DNA of 64,000 nt from an uncultured Gemmatimonadales bacterium (GCA_963809895.1 CAWELD010000010.1:800001-864000); one strand, 5' to 3'; positions 18,707 to 30,495 are shown, counted from the stretch's first letter. Numbers and translations are program-made. The notes: generated from the sequence alone by a model not told the origin.

Positions 18707-19955
18707 AGGGCAGGGATCCGGCGCGGATCCGGTTTCGCACCGAGATGGCCAGGCGCAGCATGATGAACAATCCGGGAAGCGGATCCCGGGGGTTCAGCAG
18801 GGCGAAGGATCGGACGGACAGGTAGGAGTCCATCCATTCGCGCATGGACAGCTCCCCGCGCCGCCAGGCCTGAGCGGCGGCGATGAGATCCCGGTATTCG
18901 TCGACCCAGGCCACGTGGTCAGGGGGCGTGAGCGGCGGCGTGTCAGGGAGCCGCTCGCCGATCAGGTCCTGATACCAGAGGTGCGGAAGGTTGAATCCCA
19001 CGCTTGCACCCAGAAAATGCGGGTACCACGTGCGCGCGGGAGTGACTTCGAGGATGCGGAAGGTCGCGTCTCGTGGGTCGCGCTTGAACTCGATGCTCAC
19101 ATAGCCGCGAAGTCCGAGAGCCCGCACCACACGTTCCGTGACCTGAGCCACCTCCGGCACATCGAGGGTCTCTGCCAGGGTGGAGGTGCCGTATCCCGGC
19201 GGATACTGGCGGAGCTTGCGCCCGGTCCAGAGCGCTGCAGTGCGCCCGCCGGGCCCGAAGTATCCGTGCGAGAAATAGAGCTCCGTGTCGGGTCCCGGGA
19301 TCACCTCCTGTACCAGCACGGGCTCCTCGGTGACGCTGACCTTGTCCAGCACATCGGCCAACTCGTCGATACTCCCCGCGGCGAAGGCCTTGTTGGGCTC
19401 GAAATGGGCGTCCCAGGCGTCGCCCCGGTGCGTCGGCTTCACCACCACCGGGAAGCGGAGGTCACGCGCTCCCGCGAGGAGTTCCTCCGGTGAGCCGGCC
19501 ACCGTCGCCGGACTGTCGATGCCTTCGCGGCGGCAGAAGTCCTGGAAGCGCCCCTTCTGCATCAGGAGGTCCAGAACATCGGGGTCGGGGACGTGGAACC
19601 GGCATGCGTGGCCGAGTCGCTCCCGGTTCTCCGACAGCGTGTAGACGAAATCGTCTCCGCTCGGGAGCACGGGACATGGCCGTCCGGCGGCTTCCCCGAT
19701 GTCCACCAGGACCCGCACCAGCGCATCGTCTCCCGCGCCGTCGGGCAGGAACACTCGCTCACACAGCCGGGTGCGGGCGCTCATCCAGGTGTGGGTATCC
19801 ACCCAGCTCGTCGGCTCGTGATCCACGGCCACCACGTGCACACCGGCCGAGACGAGGGACCGGACGATCCCGAGTCCGTTCGGGTTCAGCCCCAGCACGA
19901 TGGCCGGTGGGCGGCCCCGTCGCCTGAGCTTGGCGCTGGCCCCGGCCATGGCCAT
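18672..19955 (-). CDS. ATP-grasp carboxylate-amine ligase (D-aspartate ligase-like)
   Basis: NGLGIVRSL, FPVVVKP, VQEVIPGPD, KLRQYPPGYG, IEFKRDPRD. Confidence 0.85.
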   Translation of the reverse strand: MAMAGASAKLRRRGRPPAIVLGLNPNGLGIVRSLVSAGVHVVAVDHEPTSWVDTHTWMSARTRLCERVFLPDGAGDDALVRVLVDIGEAAGRPCPVLPSGDDFVYTLSENRERLGHACRFHVPDPDVLDLLMQKGRFQDFCRREGIDSPATVAGSPEELLAGARDLRFPVVVKPTHRGDAWDAHFEPNKAFAAGSIDELADVLDKVSVTEEPVLVQEVIPGPDTELYFSHGYFGPGGRTAALWTGRKLRQYPPGYGTSTLAETLDVPEVAQVTERVVRALGLRGYVSIEFKRDPRDATFRILEVTPARTWYPHFLGASVGFNLPHLWYQDLIGERLPDTPPLTPPDHVAWVDEYRDLIAAAQAWRRGELSMREWMDSYLSVRSFALLNPRDPLPGLFIMLRLAISVRNRIRAGSLPSTPPPGPPPAR

Positions 19956-20869
19956 CAGCCCACGACCCCCGCGGCCCGGAGCTCGAAGCCCCGCACGCTC
20001 ACGCCGGCCGGAATGTTGATGCGCGGGATGACCGATGGCCCGTCTCCGGGGTCGTCGAGGTCGGCGAGCCCGCCGTCCACGCGATAGAGGAACCGATACC
20101 CCGCCGCGGAAGCCGCGGCGACCACGGGCTCATTCCACAAGCCGTAGGGGAACGTGAGATGGTCGGCCAACGCCTGGGCCGGGAACTGTGCCTGGATCCA
20201 GGCACGCGAGTTGCTCAACTCGTCTTCCAACTCAGCCAGCGACAATCGTGTGAGATTGGGATGATTCCAGGTGTGGGAGGCGAGGGAGACCTTGGGATGC
20301 GAGGACAGCGCCTGGAGGTCGTCCAACGTGGCGGGTCGATGATCCGTCGACGGAGCGGCGTGCATGGCGAGGCGCGCCGCGACCTCGCCGAGGTAGCCTC
20401 GTGCCTCGGTGAGCGCCAGTTCCCGGGCCTCGGGTGCCAACCCTCTCCCAGGTTCGGCCGCGAGATCCCACCAGAATCCCTCACCGCCCACGAGGCCCGG
20501 GCACACGAAGATGGTGGCCGGTAGACCTCGGGCGCTCAGTACGGGTATCGCATGTCGGATCGCGCCCAGGTACGCGTCATCGAAGGTGATGGCCGCCAGA
20601 GGGCGATCGCCCACGGAGTCGCTCCACACAACCAGTTCGGCCAACGACACGATGCGGTGTGTTTCCATCAGCCGGTCCATCTGCCGCCTGAAGGAATCCA
20701 GGGGCAGGTGCAGGCTGGTGTCGCCGCCTGGCCGGTACGGGCCGGAAGGCACCACATTGTGGTAGGCGAGAATGGCGGCACGTCCGACGGTCCGGCGGCG
20801 CCGGCGAGACGCGACACCGACACCGACGAGGGCCACTTCGACTCCGCTACGCAGGATTCGTCGGATCAC
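19955..20869 (-). CDS. Polysaccharide deacetylase (CE4/NodB)
   Basis: LAYHNV, ITFDDAY, SHTWNH, FPYG. Confidence 0.92.
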   Translation of the reverse strand: MIRRILRSGVEVALVGVGVASRRRRRTVGRAAILAYHNVVPSGPYRPGGDTSLHLPLDSFRRQMDRLMETHRIVSLAELVVWSDSVGDRPLAAITFDDAYLGAIRHAIPVLSARGLPATIFVCPGLVGGEGFWWDLAAEPGRGLAPEARELALTEARGYLGEVAARLAMHAAPSTDHRPATLDDLQALSSHPKVSLASHTWNHPNLTRLSLAELEDELSNSRAWIQAQFPAQALADHLTFPYGLWNEPVVAAASAAGYRFLYRVDGGLADLDDPGDGPSVIPRINIPAGVSVRGFELRAAGVVG

Positions 20870-20911
20870 GGGCCATGGGTGTGAGGGATCACCGGGGATT
20901 CTCGAACACGG

Positions 20912-22342
20912 ATGAAGCGCTTGTCACTCGAGACAGTCTATCGTAATGCGCCCACCTGGGCTCAAGAAATCTTCCTCAACGCCTATGCCCTCGGCATCGG
21001 CTGGCACCGATACGGCCGGGCCTACCGCCGCGCGGTACGGGACTGCCTCGAGCGCGACGGCTGGTCAGCGGACCGCATGCGTGCCTATCAAGACGAGCGT
21101 CTGCGACAGGTTCTGCAGGTGGCGTACCAGAACACGGCTCACTACCGGGACGTGATGGATGCGCATGGACTTCGCCCCGAGGACATCACGGGTGTCGAGG
21201 ACCTGCCGGCTCTTCCCCTCCTGGAGAAGGACACGGTTCGAGCCGATGGGGCGCGCCTGATGACCAGGGCGCGGCCGGCGCGAGGGTGGGTACACGGGCA
21301 TACCTCGGGCACGACCGGGACGCCGTTGGGCCTCTGGTACGATCGATGGACCTGCGTCATCACCAACGCCGTCGACCGCCGTCAGAAGATCTGGGGGGGG
21401 ATGAACCACAGCGACTGGATCGGGTTGTTCCTCGGACGGGTCGTGGTGCCCACCGATCGCGGCGCTCCATACTGGCGCGCCAACCACGTGCAGAAGCAGC
21501 TCTGGTTCTCCAGCTTCCACATGAGCGACGACACGCTTCCGCGCTACGTCGCCGAGATCCGCCGCCGCGGCCTGATGTACCTCGAGGGATATCCCTCCAC
21601 GCTCTTCATTCTCGCCAAGCACCTGGTGGATCGTGGCGAACGGCTTCCCATGAAGGCCGTGTTCAGCTCGTCCGAGACGCTGCACGAGATTCAGAAGGAG
21701 ACCATCGAAGCGGCCTTCGACTGTGAACTGTTCGACTTCTACGGACACGCCGAGCGGACGATCTTCGCGGCGGAGTGCGAGGTGCACCGCGGGCGGCATG
21801 TGGCGGAGGACTACGGGTTCGTGGAGGTCGTGGACGCGCGTGGCAACCCCGTCGAGCCCGGCGAGACGGGATATCTCGTCGGTACCAGCCTGCACAACCG
21901 AGCCATGCCCATGATCCGGTATCGCACCGGGGATATCTCCAGTATCGAGGCGACGGCGTGCCCGTGCGGGCGCCCGGCACGGAAGATCTCCGATGTGACC
22001 ACGAAGGCGGAGGACATCGTGGTGACGCCGGATGGACGTCTCGTGTCTCCCTCGATCCTGACCCATCCCTTCAAACCCTTCGACGGGGTCCGGAAGTCCC
22101 AGATCATCCAGGAAGAGCCGGACCTCTTGCGCGTGCTTCTCGTGCTGGCGGAGTCCTTCTCGGACGACGAGCGCGCCCGGCTCATCGCAGGGCTCCAGGA
22201 ACGGCTCGGCACCGGCATGAGGATCGTGGCCGAGGAGGTGGAGGAGATTCCATCCGAGGCCTCGGGCAAGTTCCGCTGGGTCATCTCTCGTGTGGACCAC
22301 TCCAGGTCGTTCGACTGGGCGTCGGCGGAGGACGGCGCATGA
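20912..22342 (+). CDS. Phenylacetate-CoA ligase-like / CapK-like adenylate-forming protein
   Basis: TSGTTGTP, GYPS, SSETL, YGHAE, MIRYRTGD, SGKFR. Confidence 0.9.
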   Translation: MKRLSLETVYRNAPTWAQEIFLNAYALGIGWHRYGRAYRRAVRDCLERDGWSADRMRAYQDERLRQVLQVAYQNTAHYRDVMDAHGLRPEDITGVEDLPALPLLEKDTVRADGARLMTRARPARGWVHGHTSGTTGTPLGLWYDRWTCVITNAVDRRQKIWGGMNHSDWIGLFLGRVVVPTDRGAPYWRANHVQKQLWFSSFHMSDDTLPRYVAEIRRRGLMYLEGYPSTLFILAKHLVDRGERLPMKAVFSSSETLHEIQKETIEAAFDCELFDFYGHAERTIFAAECEVHRGRHVAEDYGFVEVVDARGNPVEPGETGYLVGTSLHNRAMPMIRYRTGDISSIEATACPCGRPARKISDVTTKAEDIVVTPDGRLVSPSILTHPFKPFDGVRKSQIIQEEPDLLRVLLVLAESFSDDERARLIAGLQERLGTGMRIVAEEVEEIPSEASGKFRWVISRVDHSRSFDWASAEDGA

Positions 22343-23574
22343 CGGCCGGCAGCCGTCCGCGACTTCTCTTCCTGTGTCAGAATCTGCCGTACCCACCGGA
22401 CGGCGGAGCGCTCATTCGCAGCTACCACACCCTGCGCCTACTGGCGCGAGATTTCGACGTCACCGCGCTCTGTTTCGTGCGTCGGAGCACCCGGCCCTCG
22501 TCGGAGGCGATCGAGGCGGCTCGGGTGGCGCTCGAGGACACCGCGGAGCGTGTCGAGGTCTTCGAGCTTCCTCAGGAGAGATCGCGGCTTCGCTTCGTCG
22601 CGGATCACCTGTCGAGTGTGTTGTCGGGCCGGGCCTACACACGATGGGCCTACGAGTCGGGGGCATTTCGCACACGCCTCCGGGAGCTCCTGAAGGCGGA
22701 GCCGTTCGATCTGGTTCACGTGGACAGCCTCGACCTGGTGGGATATCTCCCCCTGCTTACGGGCCAGCCCCTCGTGGTAGCGCACCACAACGTCGAGTCT
22801 CAACTGTTGCGCCGCCGCGCCGACTCGGAATCCGGGCTTCGCGGCATGTACCTTCGTAGGCAGGCGCGCCTTCTGGAGAGGGAGGAGCGTCGCTGGTGCC
22901 CCCGCGTGGATCTCAACGTCGTGGTATCTCCCGAAGATGCCGATACCCTTGCAGCGCTGGCGCCGGCCGCGGAGGTGATGGTCGTACCCAACGGCGTGGA
23001 CTCTCGAGCATTCTCCCCTTCGGACGAGGAGCCACGTCGTGAGATCGTCTTTGTCGGGGGGTACACCTGGTTTCCAAATCGAGAGGGGATGGAATACTTC
23101 GCTGTCGAGATCCTGCCATTGATCCGAGATCGAGATCCCGACGTCCCCGTGACCTGGGTTGGGCGCGCGCCAGAGGAGATACGACAAGCCTTCGCGGGGA
23201 GGGGAGTCACCCTGACCGGATACGTAGAGGATATCCGGCCGTACGTCACTCGCGCCGCCTGCTTCGTGGTTCCACTCAGGGTCGGAGGCGGAACCCGCCT
23301 CAAGATCCTGGACGCGTGGTCCATGGGGAAGGCGGTGGTGTCGACGTCGGCCGGCAGCGAGGGACTCGCGGTGCGACCGGGTGAGAACATGCTGGTGGCG
23401 GATGAGCCGGAGTCGTTCGCCGCGGCTGTGCTCCGGGTGCTGGATGACACTGATCTCAGGCAGGCGCTCGGGTCGGAGGCCAGGGCCACGGCGGAGTCCC
23501 TCTACGATTGGGACGTCATCGGAGGACCGATGTTGGAGCGGTACGCGGTGCTCGTATCGAGGGAGAGGGTCTGA
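22339..23574 (+). CDS. Glycosyltransferase family 4 (PEP-CTERM-associated sugar transferase-like)
   Basis: LPYPPDGGALIR, HHNVES, WFPNREG, GGGTRLKILDAW. Confidence 0.9.
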   Translation: MTAGSRPRLLFLCQNLPYPPDGGALIRSYHTLRLLARDFDVTALCFVRRSTRPSSEAIEAARVALEDTAERVEVFELPQERSRLRFVADHLSSVLSGRAYTRWAYESGAFRTRLRELLKAEPFDLVHVDSLDLVGYLPLLTGQPLVVAHHNVESQLLRRRADSESGLRGMYLRRQARLLEREERRWCPRVDLNVVVSPEDADTLAALAPAAEVMVVPNGVDSRAFSPSDEEPRREIVFVGGYTWFPNREGMEYFAVEILPLIRDRDPDVPVTWVGRAPEEIRQAFAGRGVTLTGYVEDIRPYVTRAACFVVPLRVGGGTRLKILDAWSMGKAVVSTSAGSEGLAVRPGENMLVADEPESFAAAVLRVLDDTDLRQALGSEARATAESLYDWDVIGGPMLERYAVLVSRERV

Positions 23575-23575
23575 C

Positions 23576-25355
23576 GTGCCTGGGTTCTTCGGTGGAGTCG
23601 GCCACGTGCGGGACGAGGTCGAGCGTCTGCGTCGCGACTTCGCCGCGATCTGGGGCAGCGTGGAGTTCATTGCGGCGGACGGGGCGGCACTCGGCGGTCA
23701 TGCGTTCGTCGACACCCCGGTCGCACGCCTGGAATCAGGTGCGATCGTGGCACGGGACGGCGAGGCGGGCTTCATGCGGACCACGATCGGGGACGCCAGG
23801 CCCGGGCTGCACGGCGTGGGTGTCATGGCCGAGGCGTCGCAGGGAACCATCGAGGTCACCACCGACCCAACGGCGGTCTTCCCGCTGTTCTATGCCGAGC
23901 TACCCGCTGGCGTATTGGTCAGCACGCTCCTTCGGCCTCTCGCTCGCGTGCTCGGCGCCGCACCCGACCCTGTCGCCATCGCAGAGTACCTTCGCTTCGC
24001 CAACACCTTCGACCACCGCAGTCTGTTCGCCGGCATCCGGAGATTGGGACCGGGCCAGCGGCTGACATGGTCGCCAGAGCGAGGTGTGAAGATCTCGGAG
24101 CATAGCCGACTCTGGGCGAGCCGCCTGGACGAGATCGAGTCTCCCGAGGAAGCTGCCGAGGCGCTGCAGCCGATGCTGAAGACGGCGTTGGCCCTCGGCC
24201 TTCCGGAACACGGCGAGCACGTCCTCATGATGTCTGCCGGCTGGGATTCCAGGAGCCTCCTCGCCGGACTCGCCGAGTGGTTCCCCACCGCCGATGTGGC
24301 CACCTTTTCACACGGCGATCTGCGGAGTCGCGAACTCGCCCTGGCCCGGAAGCTCTCCGAGATCGCCGGCGTGCCGTGGCGAGGCCGCACGGTCGGGCCC
24401 GACGTTTGGGACCCGGACCATCTGTCCCGGTCATTCGCCAGGACCGAAACGCTGGTGTTTCCCCACTGGAGCTGGGCCGGAGTCGAGAATCAGGAGTGCT
24501 GCGACGGTATCGTCGGGGATCCTGGGTGAGGTTCTCGGGGGCCACTACGGGACCACCCACGTCGCGCGTGGAGGGGCGAAAGTGGCCGCCCTCCTGCGAG
24601 GACTGGACCGAGGCGCCACGGCAGTCGACGACGCCGAGCCGATGGCCGCCGCCTTCGCTTCGCTCGCCCTCGGGGCACTGGATCGCCCCTGGTACCTGAA
24701 CCCCGAGGTAGAGGGGGGGCGCCGCGTCGAGCTCCTGGACGAGATCAATCAGGACATCACTCGTGATCTGGAGAGGCTCGAGGCGCGAGGCGTACGCGCT
24801 GCCAGCCAGATGATCGAAGCTTTCGTGACGGAGCACCGTGGCGTTCGGTACATCGCAGGACAGGCGAGGGCGCTCCGCGTTGCGGTGGATACGAGCCTCC
24901 CCTATGGACACGAGCCTCTGTTGACCTTCGCGGCGGCGCTTCCTCAGCCCATCAAGATCCACAACCGGGTCAATCGGGCACTCGGTCTGCGCCTTTCGCC
25001 TCAGCTCGGGCGCCCGGCGATGGCCGCGACGCTGGTGCCCGGGACCTGGCCATTGCTCGCGCAGGAGGCGTCGCGAGTCGTGCGAAAGGCCTACGAGACC
25101 CTGTCCTGGGGTCTCTATCGGAGTTCGCGCGGTCGCACGCCGCGAGCCCATCTGGGATGGGTCGACTTCGAGTTTCTTCGTGACGGATCTGAAGTTCTGC
25201 GCGTCGCCGAACATCTCCGGTCCGACCTGTGGAACCGGCCGGCCTTCGACCGACTGGCCATGGAGATGCGTACTTTCCAGCACGCCAGCCAATTGCACCC
25301 CGTGTTCGATCAGATCGGAAAGATCCTCACGGTGGACCGGATGATCGGAGGCTAG
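23576..25355 (+). CDS. Asparagine-synthetase-like protein, frameshifted near 24481
   Basis: Degenerate GATase-like N-domain (DPTAVFPLFY), PP-loop MSAGWDSR, then GILGEVLGGHY in the +1 frame. No N-terminal Cys. Confidence 0.75.
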
Positions 25356-26899
25356 GCGTCGCCCGAGACGTTCCGGACGAGGTCCCGTATCTCCGCTGGG
25401 AACGGCCCGCTTTCTCCGCTCAGGCGCTCAACGGCCCATCGGAAGAGCAGCGAGGTCGGATCGCCACCCCGAAGCAGGGCCCATCGATCGGGCTCCTGGA
25501 TGGTGAGGCCCAAAAGACCTCCGAGCTTCTCGACGGCGCGGAGCGCGGCCCAGCGCGTGAGTGAAACACCGGCTGCCAATCGGTGCCGGATCAGGTGTTG
25601 GCCCTCGGAGTCTCGGAGCCAGGACGCGAAATCCGCTCGGAGCGTTCGCCCGTGGGGCGCAACCAGGGTCTGAACCACCGCCCGCTTCCGCTCACCAAAC
25701 GCCTCGCGGGGAATACCCGCCTCCTCCGCGATCCTCCGGGGGATCGGCCTGTCGTAGGATCCGCCCACGCTCCATGGCCTCATCTCTTCGCTTTGCGAAA
25801 TGCGAACGAGGCTATCGATGGATCTCGCCCCGATGAACGGCACAGCGAAGTTGACCCATCCTGCCACCAGGCGAGCCTCTGTGAGCGCCAACCCCGAAGT
25901 ATCACCTCGCTTCAACTCGTCGCCCAGGTAGGCTGCGCCCGGATCGAGGGCCCAGACCTTGTCACCGTGATATCCGGAAATCAGGAGTGAGGGATTGGTG
26001 CTCGCGGCGACATCTCCCGCGAGAGAGCCGAAGACGAGTTCCGGATCACCTGTGCCACCCGCGAAAAAGAAACGCGGGTCGAAGGGTACCGTGTCGGGGC
26101 CCAAGTACCGAACAGGCAGCCCGAGGGCGATCGCGATCTCGGTGGCGTCATCGTGCGAGGCGGCTCGATTCAGCCAACCGGGAAGTGCGGAGTTGGACCG
26201 TCGGGCGGTGTACGCGACAGGGGTAGCGAACCGCGCCGCAAGGGCGCCTGCGGCAGGGGAATCATACCCCCGGGACAGGGTCACTCGTGGAGTGAGAGGG
26301 AATCGCCGTGCGGGGTCCGTCGAATTCGCCAGGATCGCCTCGACCGTCCGCTGGAGAGTTCCGTAATAGTCGCCGAAATCGATGAAGCTGCGTGGCGGGG
26401 TGGCATCGATGATCTCGAGGTCGTCCCCCATGATGCGGAACGGGAAGAAGAAGCGCTGCTGGAGCGTCTCCACCCCTTCGATGGTAGCCGCGATCTCTGG
26501 TCGATAGCGGCGGATGCCCTTCAGGATCGTGAAGGTCTCGTCGGCGTAGGAATGGCCGGGAACGAGGCTCCCTTTCAGAGCGAAGAGAGCGAGTGCGAGG
26601 CTGTTGGAAGCCACGCAGACATCGCGGCCGCGGGCAAGCAGAATCCGATCGATCAGAGCCCGCGAGGGAACGAGAGTCACCCCGTGGTCATCGACCCGCA
26701 GACCGCTTCCGAAGAAACTCTCCGATTCGACGAAGCCACTTTCGGAGAAGGGGGCGTCCCAGACTCCCTCCACGAGTCCGTCTTCGCGGGTTTCCACGTC
26801 GACGCCATGGAGAGTTGTGACCTGCTTCCTCACCTGATTGACGACTGCAAGCCATGCCAGCCGGGGAAGCTCGGCGATCTCTCTGTGGATGAGACGCAA
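25352..26899 (-). CDS. Conserved hypothetical protein with PP-loop (asparagine-synthetase-related)
   Basis: 515 aa; LSRGYDS, SGYHGDKVW, YDRPIPRRIAEEAG. Confidence 0.65.
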   Translation of the reverse strand: MRLIHREIAELPRLAWLAVVNQVRKQVTTLHGVDVETREDGLVEGVWDAPFSESGFVESESFFGSGLRVDDHGVTLVPSRALIDRILLARGRDVCVASNSLALALFALKGSLVPGHSYADETFTILKGIRRYRPEIAATIEGVETLQQRFFFPFRIMGDDLEIIDATPPRSFIDFGDYYGTLQRTVEAILANSTDPARRFPLTPRVTLSRGYDSPAAGALAARFATPVAYTARRSNSALPGWLNRAASHDDATEIAIALGLPVRYLGPDTVPFDPRFFFAGGTGDPELVFGSLAGDVAASTNPSLLISGYHGDKVWALDPGAAYLGDELKRGDTSGLALTEARLVAGWVNFAVPFIGARSIDSLVRISQSEEMRPWSVGGSYDRPIPRRIAEEAGIPREAFGERKRAVVQTLVAPHGRTLRADFASWLRDSEGQHLIRHRLAAGVSLTRWAALRAVEKLGGLLGLTIQEPDRWALLRGGDPTSLLFRWAVERLSGESGPFPAEIRDLVRNVSGDA

Positions 26900-26977
26900 G
26901 ATGAACCGGGGTTAGAAACGAATAGGGTGCCTCCCGGTTCTGCCGGAGGCGCCCTACAGTCTGGCAAAGGAACTTGC

Positions 26978-29900
26978 TTACTGCCAGTTGGGGTTCTGGG
27001 TCCACACCTTGAAGTCGTCGATGAAGAAGTCAGTCTGCTGGTCGAAGCCCGAGTCAGACCAACCCAGAAGATAGCCTCCGTTCACGTGGCCTGAGAACGT
27101 CCTGTCCCAGAACCCCCAGTCCAGCGCGTGCACCAACTGGCCGTTCACGAAGACCTCAGCCCGTCCCGTCACGGATGTCCGGGCCCGAACTCGCCTTGTA
27201 GTGAATTCTGATTTGGGACCACTCGGCCCGGGCTTGATGCGTGCGTTGGGGCCGATAAAGTCCGAGGTGTTCCTGTCCCCGACCGGCCAATTGCTGGAGC
27301 CGTCGGCATGTTCAGACGTCGAGAGGAACCGCCGCATGTAGGAGGAATTGGAGGATTGCCTCTCGTACTCCACGGTCAGGATCTGGCTCCGGCTGCCGTT
27401 GTAGTTCAACTGCATGAACTTGTTGTTCATCGGAGCGTCGGACCGGTGGGCGAAGTTGCTCGGTACGTAGAGCCAATACTCCAGCCAGATCTCGCCGGAG
27501 TCAGGCAGGCCGAAGTTCTGCTCCGCGAAGGAGTCGGTACCACTGGCCGTGCCTTGGTACCGGAAGCGGAGAGCGTAGGAGCTTCCGTCGTGTCCAAAGC
27601 CCGCCCGCACGACTCACGCCACCGTTTGAGCTGTTCGTGGCCGTCCAGCACGCTCCATTCGTATCTGGTGCTCTGGATCCGGTCTCGAAGCCATCGGAGA
27701 AGTCGGGTCATCACCGTGACGCCCCACCCCCACCCGTCGTCGTCTGCTCCGAGATCGTCGCTTGCGATGCACCCATCAGGGCATCCGAGCGGGCCTCGAA
27801 GGCCACCGAGCCGGTGGCCAGGGCCTGTGCGAGGCCGGAAGGCGATATGGCAGCGACACCCGGATTTGTGGAGCTCCAGGTCACCGAGGCGCCCGGAACC
27901 GGGTAGCCGTTGGCGTCCTTCACCACGGCGCTGAGCTGCCTGGTGCTGCCGACCTGCAGCGAGAGGCTGGCCGGGGTGACTTCGATGCTGTTGGGCATCT
28001 GGGTCACGGTGATGCCGACCGTGTCGGCCGCGGTGCAGCACACGGCGCTGACGATGATGGCGGCGGTCCCTACGCTCTTCGATACCACGTTTCCGTTCCC
28101 GTCGACGGTGGCTACGCCAGTGTTCGTGCTCGACCAGGAGAACGAAATGCCGTCCAGGGGATTGCCCGTCAAGTCCAGCCCGATCGCGCTGAGCGACTTG
28201 GTGGCGCCGAGCGCCGTGAAACTGAGGGCATCTTTGCTCGCCTGTACCGATCCTACCGTTGAACCGCTGCCATCGGTTCCACCGCCGCCCGTGGTCGTCG
28301 AGTCGACCTGCACGAGCACGGTCGCGACTCCGGTCACGCCGTCGGCCGTGGCGCGGATCTCCGCCTCACCGATGGCGAGCGGCATGACCGCGCCAGTGCT
28401 GTTGACGCTGGCGACGCTGGGGTTGCTCGACGTCCAGGTGAAGCTCGCGGCCATGGTGTTGCCGGATGCGTCCTTCGCGGTCGCCGTCATGGTGCCGTGA
28501 CCGGCGCCGATGATGAGGGTGAGCGGATCGGGCGACACGGTGACGGAGGCGATGCTCGGGGCCACTGGCGCCTCTTCGGCGGTGGCCTCGTAGGTCGCGG
28601 GCGAGACGCCCTGCACCGTGGCGGTGACGCTCTGTGCGCCCGCCGTCGACCCGAGCGTCCACTCGACGCTGGCGACGCCGTCGGCGTTGGTCTTGCTGGT
28701 CAGCGAGGACAAGGAGCCGCCGCCACTGGCGACGTTCCAGGTCACGTTCACGTCGGCGAGGGCCACGCCGTACTGGTCGAAAACGCGGGCTGTGAGCGGA
28801 TCGCTCAGCTTCTGGCCGGCGGTGGCGGTCTGGCCGCTTCCCGTCTGCTCGATCGTGGCCGGCGCGCCCGTGAGCACGGTGACCGAAGCGGTGCCGCTGA
28901 CCTGGCCGTCGGCCACCGCGTTCACATCCACGTCGCCGGGCAGGACGCCTGACACCACGCCGTTCGCGTCGACGGTGGCGATGTCGGTGTCGGAGACGCT
29001 CCAGCTCACGCTGGCCTCGATCACGTTGCCCCATTTGTCGGTGGGCATGGCCTCGAGCGTGGTCTGGTCGTCCACGGCCAACTCGGCCTGGTCCGGCGAG
29101 ACGGTCACGCCGGCGAGCGAGCCGGGCTTGCCGTGGGCGCTGAAGTCCTTCTTGCCCGAGCCGCCGCCCTTGCCGCCATGGCCGTTCCCACCGGGCGCAG
29201 CGGCGGCCGCCACGACGCTGGCCGAGCCGACCTGATCACCGGCCAACGTGCCGAGACGCCAGTACATCTGGCTCACGCCACCGACGTCGGTGATGGCCCG
29301 GGTGACCGACGCCACCGCGGGAACGCCGGTGAACATACCGGACTCGGATCCCTCACCCCCGACGAAGGCCCATTCCAGGGTGACGCCGCGGATGGGATTG
29401 CCGTTGGCGTCGGAGACACGCACGACCACGGGCTCGGCGAGAACCTCGCCCACCCGTCCTTCCTGGCCGCCACCTCCGAGGAGCTCGACGGTGGCCGACG
29501 CGAGATCCGCGTACCCCTGTGCCTCGAGCCGCACCTCGCCCACGGTGGGAATGGAGGCCCGCAGCGTGTTGCGGCCGGCCCCGGATCCGAGCGTCCACTT
29601 CACGCGCGCCACACCGTAGTCGTCGGTGCGGGCCTGCGAGGTGGAGAGCGTGCCGCCTCCCAGGTCCACCTGGAAGAGCACGTCCACGTCGGGCACGGCG
29701 ACGCCGTCCCGGCCCGTCACCTTGATGCTCACGCTGTCGGGCAACGCCTTTCCGGCGGTACCGGCGACGAAATCGGCGCCCAGGGTCTGGATGGCCCGAG
29801 GCGCCGGAAGAACGTGGGCGCCGGCCGTGGCCGTGGCGCCCGAGTACACGGCCGTCAGGGTGACGTCGCCGTAGTATTCGGCAACGAAGTAGCCGCCCCT

Positions 29901-30185
29901 TACGACGCCCGCGCGAGCCGGCTGCACGGTCCAGCTCACCTTGGAGGGATCGAACGACGATCCCCCGACCAGCGAGGTCCTGACCGCGACCGAGTCGCCC
30001 TCGCGAACGGCGAGTTGGTTGGGAGTAATGCTGAGCTCGCCGTGACGCTTGAAGCCGTCATCGACGAACGACGGAGAGGAACCCCCATCGGAACACGCCG
30101 CGGTGAGACCGAGGAGGATGAAGGGGACGCTCCGGAGAACCGAAGCCGGCGTCCACTTGATGACACCTTTGCGTGCCGCGCTCAT
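26978..30185 (-). CDS. Large lipoprotein: Big_1/Big_2 Ig repeats plus C-terminal polysaccharide-lyase/ConA-like domain; multiple frameshifts 27170-27720
   Basis: Lipobox LTAAC; repeats WTSSNPSVASV, WSSTNTGVATV, WSSTNPGVAAI, WTLG. After TGA TGA the same frame resumes as PDFSDGFETG, then YALRFRY, WLEYWLYVPSNF, NNKF, FFIDDF. Confidence 0.8.
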
Positions 30186-30426
30186 TGCTGCCTTCCCGTC
30201 TGGCCCGGATCACTCCAGGCTCGGTTGGAGTTCGTGGAGAAGGCAGAAGGGCCGCCAACATGATCCCGAGAATGCTCTTCGGGGGATCCGCTGGCGGCCC
30301 GGCTGGCATGGCGATCGGATCGCGGTAGCCCCGTGACTCTGCGTCACCGCCTTTCGACGGTTTTGCTCTGAGCAGCGAGATAGGAGAGGGTCTGGCAACG
30401 CCTTCTGCGTTCGTGCCTCGCAATGG

Positions 30427-30441
30427 GCAAGGGGGGTGCCA
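30427..30441 (-). promoter_or_regulatory. Sigma54 promoter for the Ig-lipoprotein gene
   Basis: Reverse strand reads TGGCAC-CCCCC-TTGC, an exact consensus match. Confidence 0.75.
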
Positions 30442-30467
30442 CCCCCACCAGGGGTATTAAGAGAACT

Positions 30468-30495
30468 TAAGGTTGTTATTTTACAACGACTTACG
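30468..30495. promoter_or_regulatory. AT-rich palindromic IHF-like element, copy 1
   Basis: TAAGGTTGTTATTTTACAACGACTTACG; shares AAG...ATTTTnCAAnGACTTACG with 41430-41457. Confidence 0.55.

Noticed and set aside
27708..27713. Tandem TGA TGA as selenocysteine or stop read-through
   Set aside because: It lies in a linker within an indel-rich stretch, and the alternate frame reads GVTVMT; better explained by compensating errors.
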